The notes: generated from the sequence alone by a model not told the origin. Positions 42,676 to 53,521 are shown, numbered from the stretch's first letter. The stretch is DNA of 64,000 nt from Escherichia coli (GCF_030013595.1 NZ_CP122768.1); one strand, 5' to 3'. Translations and numbers: made by a program.

Positions 42676-42743
42676 TAGCCAACCTCAAAAAGAAACTCTA
42701 TCCACATTAGTCATTACTCATCCATGCAAGTAGTGGACGAATC

Positions 42744-43061
42744 TCAATTTCTCCGCTGCTCTATTGCCGTAATCGCCTCCACGCGTTGTTGATGACGACC
42801 GCCTTCGTACTGCGCGCCCAGCCACGCATCCACAATCATTTTTGCCAGTTCGAGGCCAACCACTCGTGAACCAAAAGCCAGTGCAACTTCACTGGCGTAA
42901 TGCGGATAATCAGTGCGCTCTGACGGCCTGGTTTCTTTATCAATCCCCTCACTCATTGACCATGAATAAAAGGCTGGCACAGCAACGCGGAATCCTGCGG
43001 TGCCAGCGACATGACCGCCCATTGCTCCGGTACGTTTTTTAATAAAAAACACCGGTTGCAT
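42744..43061 (-). pseudogene. rpiB: rpiB-like remnant (ribose-5-phosphate isomerase B family), shortened and rearranged
   Basis: ORF track 105 aa; segments SERTDYPHYAS-VALA and FGSRVVGLELAKMIVDAWLGAQYEGGRHQQRVEAITAIEQRRN match recalled E. coli RpiB (149 aa) but are joined with about 50 residues missing, and the N-terminal 38 residues do not align. Only about 250 bp separate it from the yjcS start. Confidence 0.5.
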
Positions 43062-43313
43062 TGATTAATTGTGCTCAGTATTTGCCGAAGTACAATATAT
43101 ATAATAAATATATAAAACACCTCATATTATTTACAGAAATAATGAATTCGCGTAATTTTCCCTCTTCAGCACAAATGCCTAATAAAATGGCGCGTTCAGC
43201 TCACACTTCTACTTATTAAAGTCGCAATTTCCCAATTATGATAACGCCAGCTTCAAATGACGTATTTTGCATGGGTTACATATTTACGACATAAATGATA
43301 AATGGAGATTTAT

Positions 43314-45299
43314 ATGAATAACTCTCGGTTATTCCGTTTGAGCAGGATTGTTATTGCGTTAACTGCCGCCAGCAGCATGATGGTAAATACCGCTAATGCG
43401 AAAGAGGAAGCGAAAGCCGCCACTCAATATACCCAACAGGTTAATCAGAATTACGCCAAATCATTACCGTTTAGCGATCGTCAGGATTTTGACGATGCCC
43501 AGCGTGGATTTATCGCCCCGCTGCTGGATGAAGGTATTCTGCGTGATGCTAACGGCAAAGTTTACTACCGCGCAGACGATTACAAATTTGATATTAATGC
43601 CGCTGCGCCGGAAACCGTAAACCCCAGCCTGTGGCGTCAGTCGCAAATCAACGGTATTTCTGGCCTGTTCAAAGTCACCGATAAAATGTATCAGGTGCGC
43701 GGCCAGGATATCTCTAACATTACGTTCGTTGAGGGCGAGAAAGGCATTATTGTTATCGACCCGCTGGTGACGCCGCCTGCCGCAAAAGCCGCACTTGATC
43801 TTTACTTCCAGCATCGTCCGCAAAAACCGATTGTTGCTGTTATTTACACCCACAGCCACGCCGACCATTATGGCGGTGTGAAAGGCATTATCTCTGAAGC
43901 GGATGTTAAATCCGGCAAAGTGCAGGTGATCGCTCCGGCAGGCTTTATGGACGAAGCCATCAGCGAAAACGTGCTGGCGGGTAACATCATGAGCCGCCGT
44001 GCGCTCTACTCTTACGGTCTGTTACTGCCGCACAACGCGCAAGGCAACGTGGGCAACGGCCTGGGCGTGACGCTGGCAACCGGCGACCCGAGCATTATTG
44101 CACCGACTAAAACTATCGTCAGAACTGGCGAGAAGATGATTATCGACGGCCTGGAATTTGACTTCCTGATGACTCCGGGTAGCGAAGCGCCAGCCGAAAT
44201 GCACTTCTATATTCCGGCCCTGAAAGCCCTGTGTACCGCCGAGAACGCCACGCATACCCTGCACAACTTCTACACTCTGCGCGGCGCGAAAACCCGCGAT
44301 ACCAGCAAGTGGACCGAGTACCTGAACGAAACGCTGGATATGTGGGGTAACGACGCGGAAGTACTGTTTATGCCGCACACCTGGCCGGTCTGGGGCAATA
44401 AGCATATCAATGATTATATTGGTAAATATCGCGATACCATCAAGTACATTCACGACCAGACCCTGCACCTGGCGAACCAGGGCTACACCATGAATGAAAT
44501 CGGCGACATGATTAAGCTGCCGCCTGCGCTTGCCAATAACTGGGCCAGCCGCGGCTATTACGGTTCTGTCAGCCACAACGCCCGCGCGGTGTATAACTTC
44601 TATCTTGGCTATTACGACGGTAACCCGGCTAACCTGCATCCGTATGGTCAGGTGGAGATGGGTAAACGTTACGTGCAGGCGCTGGGCGGTTCTGCCCGTG
44701 TCATCAACCTGGCGCAAGAAGCGAACAAGCAAGGTGATTACCGCTGGTCGGCAGAACTGCTGAAACAGGTGATTGCCGCCAACCCTGGTGACCAGGTCGC
44801 GAAGAATCTGCAAGCGAATAACTTTGAACAGCTGGGCTATCAGGCCGAGTCCGCCACCTGGCGCGGTTTCTACCTGACCGGCGCGAAAGAGCTGCGCGAA
44901 GGGGTACATAAGTTCAGCCACAGCTCCACCGGTTCCCCGGACACCCTTCGCGGGATGTCGGTCGAAATGCTATTCGACTTTATGGCCGTTCGCCTCGATA
45001 GCGCGAAAGCCGCAGGTAAGAATATCAGCCTGAACTTCAATATGAGCAACGGCGATAACCTCAACCTGACGCTGAACGATAGCGTGCTTAACTACCGTAA
45101 AACGCTGCAACCTGAAGCCAACGCCTCTTTCTACATCAGCCGTGAAGATCTTCACGCCGTGCTGACCGGACAAGCCAAAATGGCGGATCTGGTAAAAGCG
45201 AAGAAAGCCAAAATTATTGGCAATGGCGCGAAACTGGAAGAAATTATTGCCTGTCTGGATAATTTCGATTTGTGGGTGAATATCGTAACCCCAAATTAA
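43314..45299 (+). CDS. yjcS: Secreted metallo-beta-lactamase-fold alkyl/aryl sulfatase-like protein
   Basis: ORF track 43302..45299; the ATG at 43314 (MNNSRLFRL) has GGAG 6 bp upstream; signal peptide; HxHxDH motif ([10 protein letters not shown]); about 661 aa. Confidence 0.9.
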   Translation: MNNSRLFRLSRIVIALTAASSMMVNTANAKEEAKAATQYTQQVNQNYAKSLPFSDRQDFDDAQRGFIAPLLDEGILRDANGKVYYRADDYKFDINAAAPETVNPSLWRQSQINGISGLFKVTDKMYQVRGQDISNITFVEGEKGIIVIDPLVTPPAAKAALDLYFQHRPQKPIVAVIYTHSHADHYGGVKGIISEADVKSGKVQVIAPAGFMDEAISENVLAGNIMSRRALYSYGLLLPHNAQGNVGNGLGVTLATGDPSIIAPTKTIVRTGEKMIIDGLEFDFLMTPGSEAPAEMHFYIPALKALCTAENATHTLHNFYTLRGAKTRDTSKWTEYLNETLDMWGNDAEVLFMPHTWPVWGNKHINDYIGKYRDTIKYIHDQTLHLANQGYTMNEIGDMIKLPPALANNWASRGYYGSVSHNARAVYNFYLGYYDGNPANLHPYGQVEMGKRYVQALGGSARVINLAQEANKQGDYRWSAELLKQVIAANPGDQVAKNLQANNFEQLGYQAESATWRGFYLTGAKELREGVHKFSHSSTGSPDTLRGMSVEMLFDFMAVRLDSAKAAGKNISLNFNMSNGDNLNLTLNDSVLNYRKTLQPEANASFYISREDLHAVLTGQAKMADLVKAKKAKIIGNGAKLEEIIACLDNFDLWVNIVTPN

Positions 45300-45308
45300 T
45301 GCCACTCA

Positions 45309-45345
45309 CTTTTGGGGGCGCTTAAGCCCCCAAAAGTATTTATTT
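45309..45345 (+). terminator. Rho-independent terminator after yjcS
   Basis: cttttgggggc / loop gcttaa / gcccccaaaag 11-bp perfect stem followed by tatttatttt. Confidence 0.75.
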
Positions 45346-45507
45346 TAAAAATACATACAACAAATTAATACATAAAATATATAAGTTATGAATGCGGTGG
45401 CTGAATAAAGCTATTTTTATTCATCGAGAAAATAGCCATACTGACGCCTTCAATGGATATTGATATTCACTACAGATATTGTTCGCAGCAGACAGGATGT
45501 ATTTAAT

Positions 45508-45783
45508 ATGCCAACAGTTCTCTCTCGCATGGCGATGCAACTCAAAAAAACAGCCTGGATAATTCCCGTCTTCATGGTTTCGGGATGCTCATTATCTCCG
45601 GCAATCCCGGTGATCGGCGCTTATTATCCCAGCTGGTTTTTCTGCGCCATTGCCAGCCTTATTTTGACGCTCATCACGAGGCGAATTATTCAGCGGGCAC
45701 ATATCAATCTGGCATTTGTCGGAATTATTTATACCGCCCTTTTTGCTCTCTACGCCATGCTGTTCTGGCTGGCATTTTTCTAA
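45508..45783 (+). CDS. ytcA: Small predicted lipoprotein upstream of mdtNOP
   Basis: ORF track 45460..45783; the ATG at 45508 (MPTVLSRMAMQLKKTAWIIPVFMVSGCSL...) gives 91 aa with a lipobox-like VSGC. Confidence 0.8.
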   Translation: MPTVLSRMAMQLKKTAWIIPVFMVSGCSLSPAIPVIGAYYPSWFFCAIASLILTLITRRIIQRAHINLAFVGIIYTALFALYAMLFWLAFF

Positions 45784-45801
45784 TCTATTTGAGACGCGCT
45801 C

Positions 45802-46833
45802 ATGGAAAGTACGCCGAAAAAAGCTCCTCGCAGTAAATTCCCTGCTCTGTTAGTGGTTGCGTTGGCGCTGGTTGCCCTTGTTTTCGTTATCTGGCGCGTA
45901 GACAGTGCGCCATCAACTAATGACGCTTACGCGTCAGCAGATACCATTGATGTGGTGCCGGAAGTCAGCGGTCGCATTGTAGAACTGGCGGTCACCGACA
46001 ACCAGGCGGTGAAACAGGGCGATTTGCTGTTCCGCATCGACCCGCGCCCGTACGAAGCCAATCTGGCGAAAGCCGAAGCCTCCCTCGCGGCGCTGGATAA
46101 GCAAATTATGCTCACCCAGCGTAGCGTTGACGCACAACAGTTTGGTGCCGACTCGGTTAATGCCACGGTAGAAAAAGCCCGTGCCGCTGCAAAACAGGCC
46201 AGCGATACATTACGCCGCACCGAGCCATTACTGAAAGAAGGTTTTGTCTCAGCGGAAGACGTTGACCGTGCAAGAACGGCGCAGCGCGCCGCAGAAGCCG
46301 ATCTTAACGCCGTTTTATTACAGGCGCAGTCAGCCGCCAGCGCCGTCAGCGGCGTGGATGCATTAGTTGCCCAGCGTGCGGCAGTGGAAGCGGATATTGC
46401 GTTGACCAAACTGCATCTGGAAATGGCGACCGTTCGCGCGCCGTTTGATGGCCGGGTCATTTCCCTCAAAACCTCCGTCGGGCAATTTGCTTCTGCCATG
46501 CGCCCTATTTTTACCCTAATCGACACTCGTCACTGGTACGTGATCGCCAACTTCCGCGAAACCGATCTGAAAAATATTCGCTCAGGTACACCCGCAACGA
46601 TTCGCCTGATGAGCGACAGCGGCAAAACCTTCGAGGGTAAAGTGGATTCGATTGGCTACGGCGTGCTACCGGATGACGGCGGCCTGGTGCTGGGCGGCCT
46701 GCCGAAAGTGTCTCGTTCTATTAACTGGGTCCGCGTTGCCCAGCGTTTTCCGGTCAAAATCATGGTCGATAAACCTGACCCGGAAATGTTCCGCATCGGC
46801 GCTTCGGCAGTCGCTAATCTTGAGCCGCAATAA
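45802..46833 (+). CDS. mdtN: Multidrug efflux membrane fusion protein (HlyD/EmrA-like)
   Basis: ORF track 343 aa; single N-terminal TM then coiled-coil periplasmic domain; 1-nt overlap with mdtO. Confidence 0.9.
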   Translation: MESTPKKAPRSKFPALLVVALALVALVFVIWRVDSAPSTNDAYASADTIDVVPEVSGRIVELAVTDNQAVKQGDLLFRIDPRPYEANLAKAEASLAALDKQIMLTQRSVDAQQFGADSVNATVEKARAAAKQASDTLRRTEPLLKEGFVSAEDVDRARTAQRAAEADLNAVLLQAQSAASAVSGVDALVAQRAAVEADIALTKLHLEMATVRAPFDGRVISLKTSVGQFASAMRPIFTLIDTRHWYVIANFRETDLKNIRSGTPATIRLMSDSGKTFEGKVDSIGYGVLPDDGGLVLGGLPKVSRSINWVRVAQRFPVKIMVDKPDPEMFRIGASAVANLEPQ

Positions 46834-48884
46834 TGAGCGCGCTCAACTCCCTGCCATTACCGGTGGTCAGGCTGCTGGCGTTCTTTCATGAAGAGTTAAG
46901 CGAGCGGCGACCAGGCCGCGTGCCGCAGACCGTGCAACTCTGGGTAGGCTGCCTGCTGGTGATTCTGATCTCGATGACTTTTGAGATCCCTTTTGTGGCG
47001 TTATCACTGGCAGTGCTGTTTTACGGTATTCAGTCGAACGCGTTTTACACCAAATTTGTCGCGATCTTGTTTGTGGTCGCCACGATGCTGGAGATCGGCA
47101 GCCTGTTTTTGATCTACAAATGGTCATACGGCGAACCGTTGATCCGATTGATCATCGCCGGGCCGATCCTGATGGGCTGCATGTTTTTGATGCGCACCCA
47201 TCGGCTGGGACTGGTCTTTTTCGCTGTCGCCATTGTCGCCATTTACGGGCAAACCTTCCCCGCCATGCTCGACTATCCGGAAGTGGTCGTGCGCTTAACC
47301 CTGTGGTGTATCGTTGTCGGCCTCTACCCGACGTTATTGATGACGTTAATCGGCGTGCTGTGGTTTCCCAGCCGCGCTATCACGCAGATGCATCAGGCGC
47401 TTAATGATCGGCTTGATGATGCCATTAGCCACCTGACGAACAGCCTCACACCGCTACCCGAAACGTGGATTGAAAGAGAGGCGCTGGCGCTGCAAAAACT
47501 CAATGTCTTTTGCCTCGCGGACGATGCCAACTGGCGAACTCAGAGCGCATGGTGGCAAAGCTGCGTGGCAACGGTAACCTACATTTACTCGACGCTGAAT
47601 CGCTACGCTCCCACCTCTTTTGCTGATTCTCAGGCAATTATTGAATTTCGGCAAAAATTAGCCTCAGAAATCAACAAACTGCAGCATGCCATTGCCGAAG
47701 GTCAGTGCTGGCAAAGCGACTGGCGGATCAGTGAAAGTGAAGCGATGGCGGCACGGGAATGTAACCTGGAGAATATCTGCCAGACGTTATTGCAACTGGG
47801 TCAGATGGACCCGAATACGCCGCCAACGCCCGCCACCAAACCGCCATCAATGGTCGCCGACGCTTTTACCAATCCAGACTATATGCGCTACGCGGTAAAA
47901 ACGCTGCTCGCCTGTTTGATCTGTTACACCTTCTACAGCGGCGTGGACTGGGAAGGCATTCACACCTGTATGCTGACCTGCGTGATCGTCGCTAACCCAA
48001 ATGTTGGTTCGTCGTATCAGAAAATGGCGCTGCGTTTTGGCGGTGCCTTCTGCGGTGCAATTCTGGCGCTGTTATTCACGTTACTGGTCATGCCCTGGCT
48101 GGACAATATTGTCGAATTGCTATTTGTGCTGGCACCGATTTTCCTGTTGGGCGCATGGATTGCCACCAGCTCTGAACGCTCTTCTTATATCGGCACACAG
48201 ATGGTGGTCACCTTCGCGCTCGCCACGCTCGAAAACGTTTTTGGCCCGGTGTACGACCTGGTGGAAATTCGCGATCGCGCCCTGGGTATCATCATTGGTA
48301 CCGTGGTGTCCGCGGTGATTTACACCTTTGTCTGGCCTGAAAGTGAAGCGCGCACACTGCCCCAAAAACTGGCTGGCGCGCTGGGTATGTTGAGTAAAGT
48401 AATGCGGATCCCACGCCAGCAGGAAGTCACAGCTCTGCGCACTTATTTGCAAATTCGTATAGGTCTGCATGCGGCGTTTAATGCCTGTGAAGAGATGTGC
48501 CAACGCGTGGCGTTGGAGCGTCAACTGGACAGCGAAGAACGCGCTTTACTGATTGAACGTTCGCAAACGGTTATTCGTCAGGGCCGCGATATTCTTCACG
48601 CCTGGGATGCAACCTGGAACTCGGCGCAGGCGCTGGATAACGCACTACAGCCGGACAGAGCAGGTCAGTTTGCCGACGCACTGGAGAAATACGCCGCCGG
48701 TCTGGCAACCGCACTCAGCCGTTCTCCTCAAATAACGCTTGAAGAAACACCCGCCTCGCAGGCCATCCTGCCCACCTTATTAAAACAGGAGCAACACGTC
48801 TGCCAGCTTTTCGCCCGCTTGCCAGACTGGACAGCCCCGGCATTAACGCCCGCCACGGAACAGGTACAAGGAGCCACGCAATGA
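46833..48884 (+). CDS. mdtO: Multidrug efflux inner-membrane component (FUSC/aromatic acid exporter-like)
   Basis: ORF track 683 aa; two hydrophobic blocks separated by a soluble region; ATGA overlap with mdtP. Confidence 0.9.
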   Translation: MSALNSLPLPVVRLLAFFHEELSERRPGRVPQTVQLWVGCLLVILISMTFEIPFVALSLAVLFYGIQSNAFYTKFVAILFVVATMLEIGSLFLIYKWSYGEPLIRLIIAGPILMGCMFLMRTHRLGLVFFAVAIVAIYGQTFPAMLDYPEVVVRLTLWCIVVGLYPTLLMTLIGVLWFPSRAITQMHQALNDRLDDAISHLTNSLTPLPETWIEREALALQKLNVFCLADDANWRTQSAWWQSCVATVTYIYSTLNRYAPTSFADSQAIIEFRQKLASEINKLQHAIAEGQCWQSDWRISESEAMAARECNLENICQTLLQLGQMDPNTPPTPATKPPSMVADAFTNPDYMRYAVKTLLACLICYTFYSGVDWEGIHTCMLTCVIVANPNVGSSYQKMALRFGGAFCGAILALLFTLLVMPWLDNIVELLFVLAPIFLLGAWIATSSERSSYIGTQMVVTFALATLENVFGPVYDLVEIRDRALGIIIGTVVSAVIYTFVWPESEARTLPQKLAGALGMLSKVMRIPRQQEVTALRTYLQIRIGLHAAFNACEEMCQRVALERQLDSEERALLIERSQTVIRQGRDILHAWDATWNSAQALDNALQPDRAGQFADALEKYAAGLATALSRSPQITLEETPASQAILPTLLKQEQHVCQLFARLPDWTAPALTPATEQVQGATQ

Positions 48885-50347
48885 TCAATCGTCAACTTTC
48901 ACGCCTGCTGTTGTGCAGCATTCTCGGCAGCACGACGCTGATTTCCGGCTGTGCCCTGGTACGTAAGGATTCTGCGCCTCATCAACAGCTCAAACCGGAA
49001 CAAATCAAACTGGCCGATGATATTCATCTTGCCAGCTCCGGTTGGCCGCAGGCGCAGTGGTGGAAACAACTCAATGACCCGCAGTTGGATGCACTGGTCC
49101 AACAGACGCTAAGTGGTTCACACACCCTCGCCGAAGCGAAACTGCGGGAAGAAAAAGCGCAGTCGCAGGCCGATTTGTTAGATACCGGTTCACAGTTGCA
49201 GGTGGCAGCGTTAGGGATGCTTAACCGCCAACGCGTCTCGGCGAACGGCTTTTTAAGCCCTTATGCGATGGATGCGCCCGCACTGGGGATGGACGGGCCG
49301 TACTATACGGAAGCCACAGTCGGTTTGTTTGCCGGACTGGATCTTGATTTGTGGGGTGTGCATCGCTCAGCGGTTGCCGCCGCCATTGGCGCGCATAATG
49401 CCGCGCTGGCAGAAACCGCAGCAGTAGAGCTATCGCTGACCACGGGCGTAGCGCAGCTTTATTACAGTATGCAGGCCAGCTATCAGATGCTCGATCTGTT
49501 AGAACAAACTCGCGATGTGATTGATTACGCGGTAAAAGCGCACCAGAGTAAAGTGGCGCACGGTCTGGAAGCGCAAGTGCCTTTCCACGGCGCGCGGGCA
49601 CAGATTCTGGCGGTCGATAAACAAATTGCTGCCGTTAAAGGGCAAATCACCGAAACGCGAGAATCTCTGCGCGCATTGATTGGCGCGGGAGCCAGCGATA
49701 TGCCGGAGATCAAACCGGTGGCATTACCGCAAGTCCAGACCGGTATTCCGGCGACACTCTCTTATGAGTTGCTCGCCAGACGCCCGGATCTGCAAGCGAT
49801 GCGCTGGTATGTTCAGGCGTCATTAGATCAGGTGGATTCCGCGCGGGCGCTGTTCTATCCGAGCTTTGATATCAAAGCGTTTTTCGGCCTGGATTCTATC
49901 CACCTGGATACCTTATTCAAAAAAACCAGTCGCCAGTTTAACTTTATCCCGGGTCTGAAATTGCCGCTGTTTGACGGTGGACGGTTGAATGCCAATCTCG
50001 AAGGCACTCGCGCCGCCAGCAACATGATGATTGAACGTTACAACCAGTCAGTGCTGAATGCGGTGCGCGACGTTGCCGTCAACGGCACGCGTCTGCAAAC
50101 GCTCAACGACGAGCGAGAGATGCAGGCTGAACGCGTGGAAGCAACGCGCTTCACCCAGCGCGCTGCCGAGGCCGCCTATCAACGCGGCTTAACCAGCCGC
50201 TTACAGGCCACTGAAGCCCGGTTGCCAGTACTTGCCGAAGAGATGTCATTACTGATGCTGGACAGCCGCCGGGTGATCCAAAGCATTCAGTTGATGAAAT
50301 CGCTGGGCGGCGGGTATCAGGCGGCTCCCGTCGTCGAGAAAAAATAA
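48881..50347 (+). CDS. mdtP: Outer membrane efflux channel (OMF/TolC-like lipoprotein)
   Basis: ORF track 488 aa; signal peptide plus lipobox (LISGCAL). Confidence 0.9.
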   Translation: MINRQLSRLLLCSILGSTTLISGCALVRKDSAPHQQLKPEQIKLADDIHLASSGWPQAQWWKQLNDPQLDALVQQTLSGSHTLAEAKLREEKAQSQADLLDTGSQLQVAALGMLNRQRVSANGFLSPYAMDAPALGMDGPYYTEATVGLFAGLDLDLWGVHRSAVAAAIGAHNAALAETAAVELSLTTGVAQLYYSMQASYQMLDLLEQTRDVIDYAVKAHQSKVAHGLEAQVPFHGARAQILAVDKQIAAVKGQITETRESLRALIGAGASDMPEIKPVALPQVQTGIPATLSYELLARRPDLQAMRWYVQASLDQVDSARALFYPSFDIKAFFGLDSIHLDTLFKKTSRQFNFIPGLKLPLFDGGRLNANLEGTRAASNMMIERYNQSVLNAVRDVAVNGTRLQTLNDEREMQAERVEATRFTQRAAEAAYQRGLTSRLQATEARLPVLAEEMSLLMLDSRRVIQSIQLMKSLGGGYQAAPVVEKK

Positions 50348-50355
50348 AATGTCTG

Positions 50356-50377
50356 CCGCGTGATGGCTGTCACGCGG
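50356..50377 (+). terminator. Hairpin after mdtP (ccgcgtga / tcacgcgg)
   Basis: 8-bp stem, 6-nt loop, followed by a T-rich stretch; also lies within the expected fdhF upstream activating region. Confidence 0.5.
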
Positions 50378-50476
50378 TATTTCGTTTCGTCACGTCAAAA
50401 CTGACGACAGCCTGTTTTTCGTCAGAGTTTTGAATAAATAGTGCCCGTAATATCAGGGAATGACCCCAAATAAAAT

Positions 50477-50493
50477 GTGGCATAAAAGATGCA
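50477..50493 (+). promoter_or_regulatory. Sigma-54 (-24/-12) promoter of fdhF
   Basis: tGGcataaaagatGCa: GG and GC elements with correct spacing, about 50 bp upstream of the fdhF ATG; fdhF is a known RpoN/FhlA-dependent gene. Confidence 0.75.
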
Positions 50494-50544
50494 TACTGTA
50501 GTCGAGAGCGCGTATGCGTGATTTGATTAACTGGAGCGAGACCG

Positions 50545-52692
50545 ATGAAAAAAGTCGTCACGGTTTGCCCCTATTGCGCATCAGGTTGCAAAATCAACCT
50601 GGTCGTCGATAACGGCAAAATCGTCCGGGCGGAGGCAGCGCAGGGGAAAACCAACCAGGGTACCCTGTGTCTGAAGGGTTATTATGGCTGGGACTTCATT
50701 AACGATACCCAGATCCTGACCCCGCGCCTGAAAACCCCCATGATCCGTCGCCAGCGTGGCGGCAAACTCGAACCTGTTTCCTGGGATGAGGCACTGAATT
50801 ACGTTGCCGAGCGCCTGAGCGCCATCAAAGAGAAGTACGGTCCGGATGCCATCCAGACGACCGGCTCCTCGCGTGGTACGGGTAACGAAACCAACTATGT
50901 AATGCAAAAATTTGCGCGCGCCGTTATTGGTACCAATAACGTTGACTGCTGCGCTCGTGTCTGACACGGCCCATCGGTTGCAGGTCTGCACCAATCGGTC
51001 GGTAATGGCGCAATGAGCAATGCTATTAACGAAATTGATAATACCGATTTAGTGTTCGTTTTCGGGTACAACCCGGCGGATTCCCACCCAATCGTGGCGA
51101 ATCACGTAATTAACGCTAAACGTAACGGGGCGAAAATTATCGTCTGCGATCCGCGCAAAATTGAAACCGCGCGCATTGCGGACATGCACATTGCACTGAA
51201 AAACGGCTCAAACATCGCGCTGTTGAATGCGATGGGTCATGTCATTATTGAAGAAAACCTGTACGACAAAGCGTTCGTCGCTTCCCGTACAGAAGGCTTT
51301 GAAGAGTATCGTAAAATCGTTGAAGGCTACACGCCGGAGTCGGTTGAAGATATCACCGGCGTCAGCGCCAGTGAGATTCGTCAGGCGGCACGGATGTATG
51401 CCCAGGCGAAAAGCGCCGCCATCCTGTGGGGCATGGGTGTAACCCAGTTCTACCAGGGTGTGGAAACCGTGCGTTCTCTGACCAGCCTCGCGATGCTGAC
51501 TGGTAACCTCGGTAAGCCGCATGCGGGTGTAAACCCGGTTCGTGGTCAGAACAACGTGCAGGGTGCCTGCGATATGGGCGCGCTGCCGGATACGTATCCG
51601 GGCTATCAGTACGTGAAAGATCCGGCTAACCGCGAGAAATTCGCCAAAGCCTGGGGCGTGGAAAGCCTGCCAGCGCATACCGGCTATCGCATCAGCGAGC
51701 TGCCGCACCGCGCAGCGCATGGCGAAGTGCGTGCCGCGTACATTATGGGCGAAGATCCGCTGCAAACTGACGCGGAGCTGTCGGCAGTACGTAAAGCCTT
51801 CGAAGATCTGGAACTGGTCATCGTTCAGGACATCTTTATGACCAAAACCGCGTCGGCGGCGGATGTTATTTTACCGTCAACGTCGTGGGGCGAGCATGAA
51901 GGCGTGTTTACTGCGGCTGACCGTGGCTTCCAGCGTTTCTTCAAAGCGGTTGAACCGAAGTGGGATCTGAAAACGGACTGGCAAATCATCAGTGAAATCG
52001 CCACCCGTATGGGTTATCCGATGCACTACAACAACACCCAGGAGATCTGGGATGAGTTGCGTCATCTGTGCCCGGATTTCTACGGTGCGACTTACGAGAA
52101 AATGGGCGAACTGGGCTTCATTCAGTGGCCTTGCCGCGATACTTCAGATGCCGATCAGGGGACTTCTTATCTGTTTAAAGAGAAGTTTGATACCCCGAAC
52201 GGTCTGGCGCAGTTCTTCACCTGCGACTGGGTAGCGCCAATCGACAAACTCACCGACGAGTATCCGATGGTACTGTCAACGGTGCGTGAAGTTGGTCACT
52301 ACTCTTGCCGTTCGATGACCGGTAACTGTGCGGCACTGGCAGCGCTGGCTGATGAACCTGGCTACGCACAAATCAATACCGAAGACGCCAAACGTCTGGG
52401 TATTGAAGATGAGGCATTGGTTTGGGTGCACTCGCGTAAAGGCAAAATTATCACCCGTGCGCAGGTCAGCGATCGTCCGAACAAAGGGGCGATTTATATG
52501 ACCTACCAGTGGTGGATTGGTGCCTGTAACGAGCTGGTTACCGAAAACTTAAGCCCGATTACGAAAACGCCGGAATACAAATACTGCGCCGTGCGCGTCG
52601 AGCCGATCGCCGATCAGCGCGCCGCCGAGCAGTACGTGATTGACGAGTACAACAAGTTGAAAACTCGCCTGCGCGAAGCGGCACTGGCGTAA
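50545..52692 (+). CDS. fdhF: Formate dehydrogenase H, selenocysteine-containing molybdoenzyme (in-frame UGA at 50962..50964 read as Sec)
   Basis: ORF track splits this into 50545..50964 and 51013..52692 in the same frame; the only interruption is TGA at 50962..50964 (...NNVDCCARV-U-HGPSVAGLHQSVGNG...); N-terminal Fe-S Cys motif CPYCASGC; total 715 codons. Confidence 0.93.
50962..51005 (+). other. Selenocysteine UGA codon plus downstream SECIS stem-loop
   Basis: tga cacggcccatcggttgcaggtctgcaccaatcggtcggtaatggc: a hairpin-forming segment immediately 3' of the in-frame UGA, matching the recalled fdhF SECIS. Confidence 0.85.
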
Positions 52693-52706
52693 TACAGTCC
52701 TTTCTA

Positions 52707-52733
52707 CAGCCTCCTTCCGGAGGCTGTTTTTTT
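52707..52733 (+). terminator. Rho-independent terminator of fdhF
   Basis: cagcctcc / ttcc / ggaggctg followed by ttttttt. Confidence 0.85.
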
Positions 52734-52785
52734 ATCCATTCGAACTCTTTATACTGGTTACTCCCTACCCAATCGTATTATCAAA

Positions 52786-53475
52786 ATGAAAAAAATTATC
52801 GCATTGATGTTGTTTTTGACATTCTTTGCCCACGCGAACGACTCCGAGCCTGGCAGCCAGTATTTAAAGGCAGCAGAAGCCGGGGACCGACGCGCACAAT
52901 ATTTTCTTGCCGACAGCTGGTTTAGCTCCGGCGATTTGAGCAAAGCCGAATATTGGGCACAGAAAGCCGCCGACAGCGGTGATGCTGATGCCTGCGCGCT
53001 GTTGGCGCAGATCAAAATCACCAATCCGGTCAGTCTGGACTATCCACAAGCAAAAGTTCTTGCAGAGAAAGCGGCGCAAGCGGGCAGTAAAGAAGGTGAA
53101 GTAACGCTGGCGCATATTCTGGTAAATACTCAAGCGGGTAAACCGGATTATCCAAAGGCAATTTCGCTGTTAGAAAACGCCTCGGAAGATCTGGAGAACG
53201 ACTCTGCCGTCGATGCCCAAATGCTGCTTGGTTTGATTTACGCCAACGGCGTGGGCATTAAGGCCGACGATGACAAGGCAACCTGGTATTTCAAACGCAG
53301 CTCTGCGATTTCACGAACCGGTTATTCCGAGTACTGGGCGGGAATGATGTTCTTAAACGGTGAAGAAGGTTTTATCGAGAAGAACAAACAAAAGGCGCTG
53401 CACTGGCTGAACCTGAGCTGTATGGAAGGGTTTGATACCGGGTGTGAAGAGTTTGAAAAATTAACTAACGGTTAA
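52786..53475 (+). CDS. yjcO: Periplasmic Sel1/TPR-like repeat protein
   Basis: ORF track 229 aa; signal peptide; repeated 36-residue Sel1-like units (AQYxLAxxWFSSGD, AxxLLGLIYANGVG, ...). Confidence 0.88.
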   Translation: MKKIIALMLFLTFFAHANDSEPGSQYLKAAEAGDRRAQYFLADSWFSSGDLSKAEYWAQKAADSGDADACALLAQIKITNPVSLDYPQAKVLAEKAAQAGSKEGEVTLAHILVNTQAGKPDYPKAISLLENASEDLENDSAVDAQMLLGLIYANGVGIKADDDKATWYFKRSSAISRTGYSEYWAGMMFLNGEEGFIEKNKQKALHWLNLSCMEGFDTGCEEFEKLTNG

Positions 53476-53478
53476 GGT

Positions 53479-53513
53479 AGGCCTGATAAGACGCGTTAAG
53501 CGTCGCATCAGGC
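53479..53513. repeat. REP element between convergent yjcO and gltP
   Basis: aggcctgataagacgcgttaagcgtcgcatcaggc read directly. Confidence 0.7.
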
Positions 53514-53521
53514 ATCCACAC

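Noticed and set aside
44022-44921. 299-codon ORF antisense to yjcS
   Set aside because: Fully embedded opposite a confident CDS; Arg/Gly/Val-rich low-complexity translation typical of spurious antisense frames.
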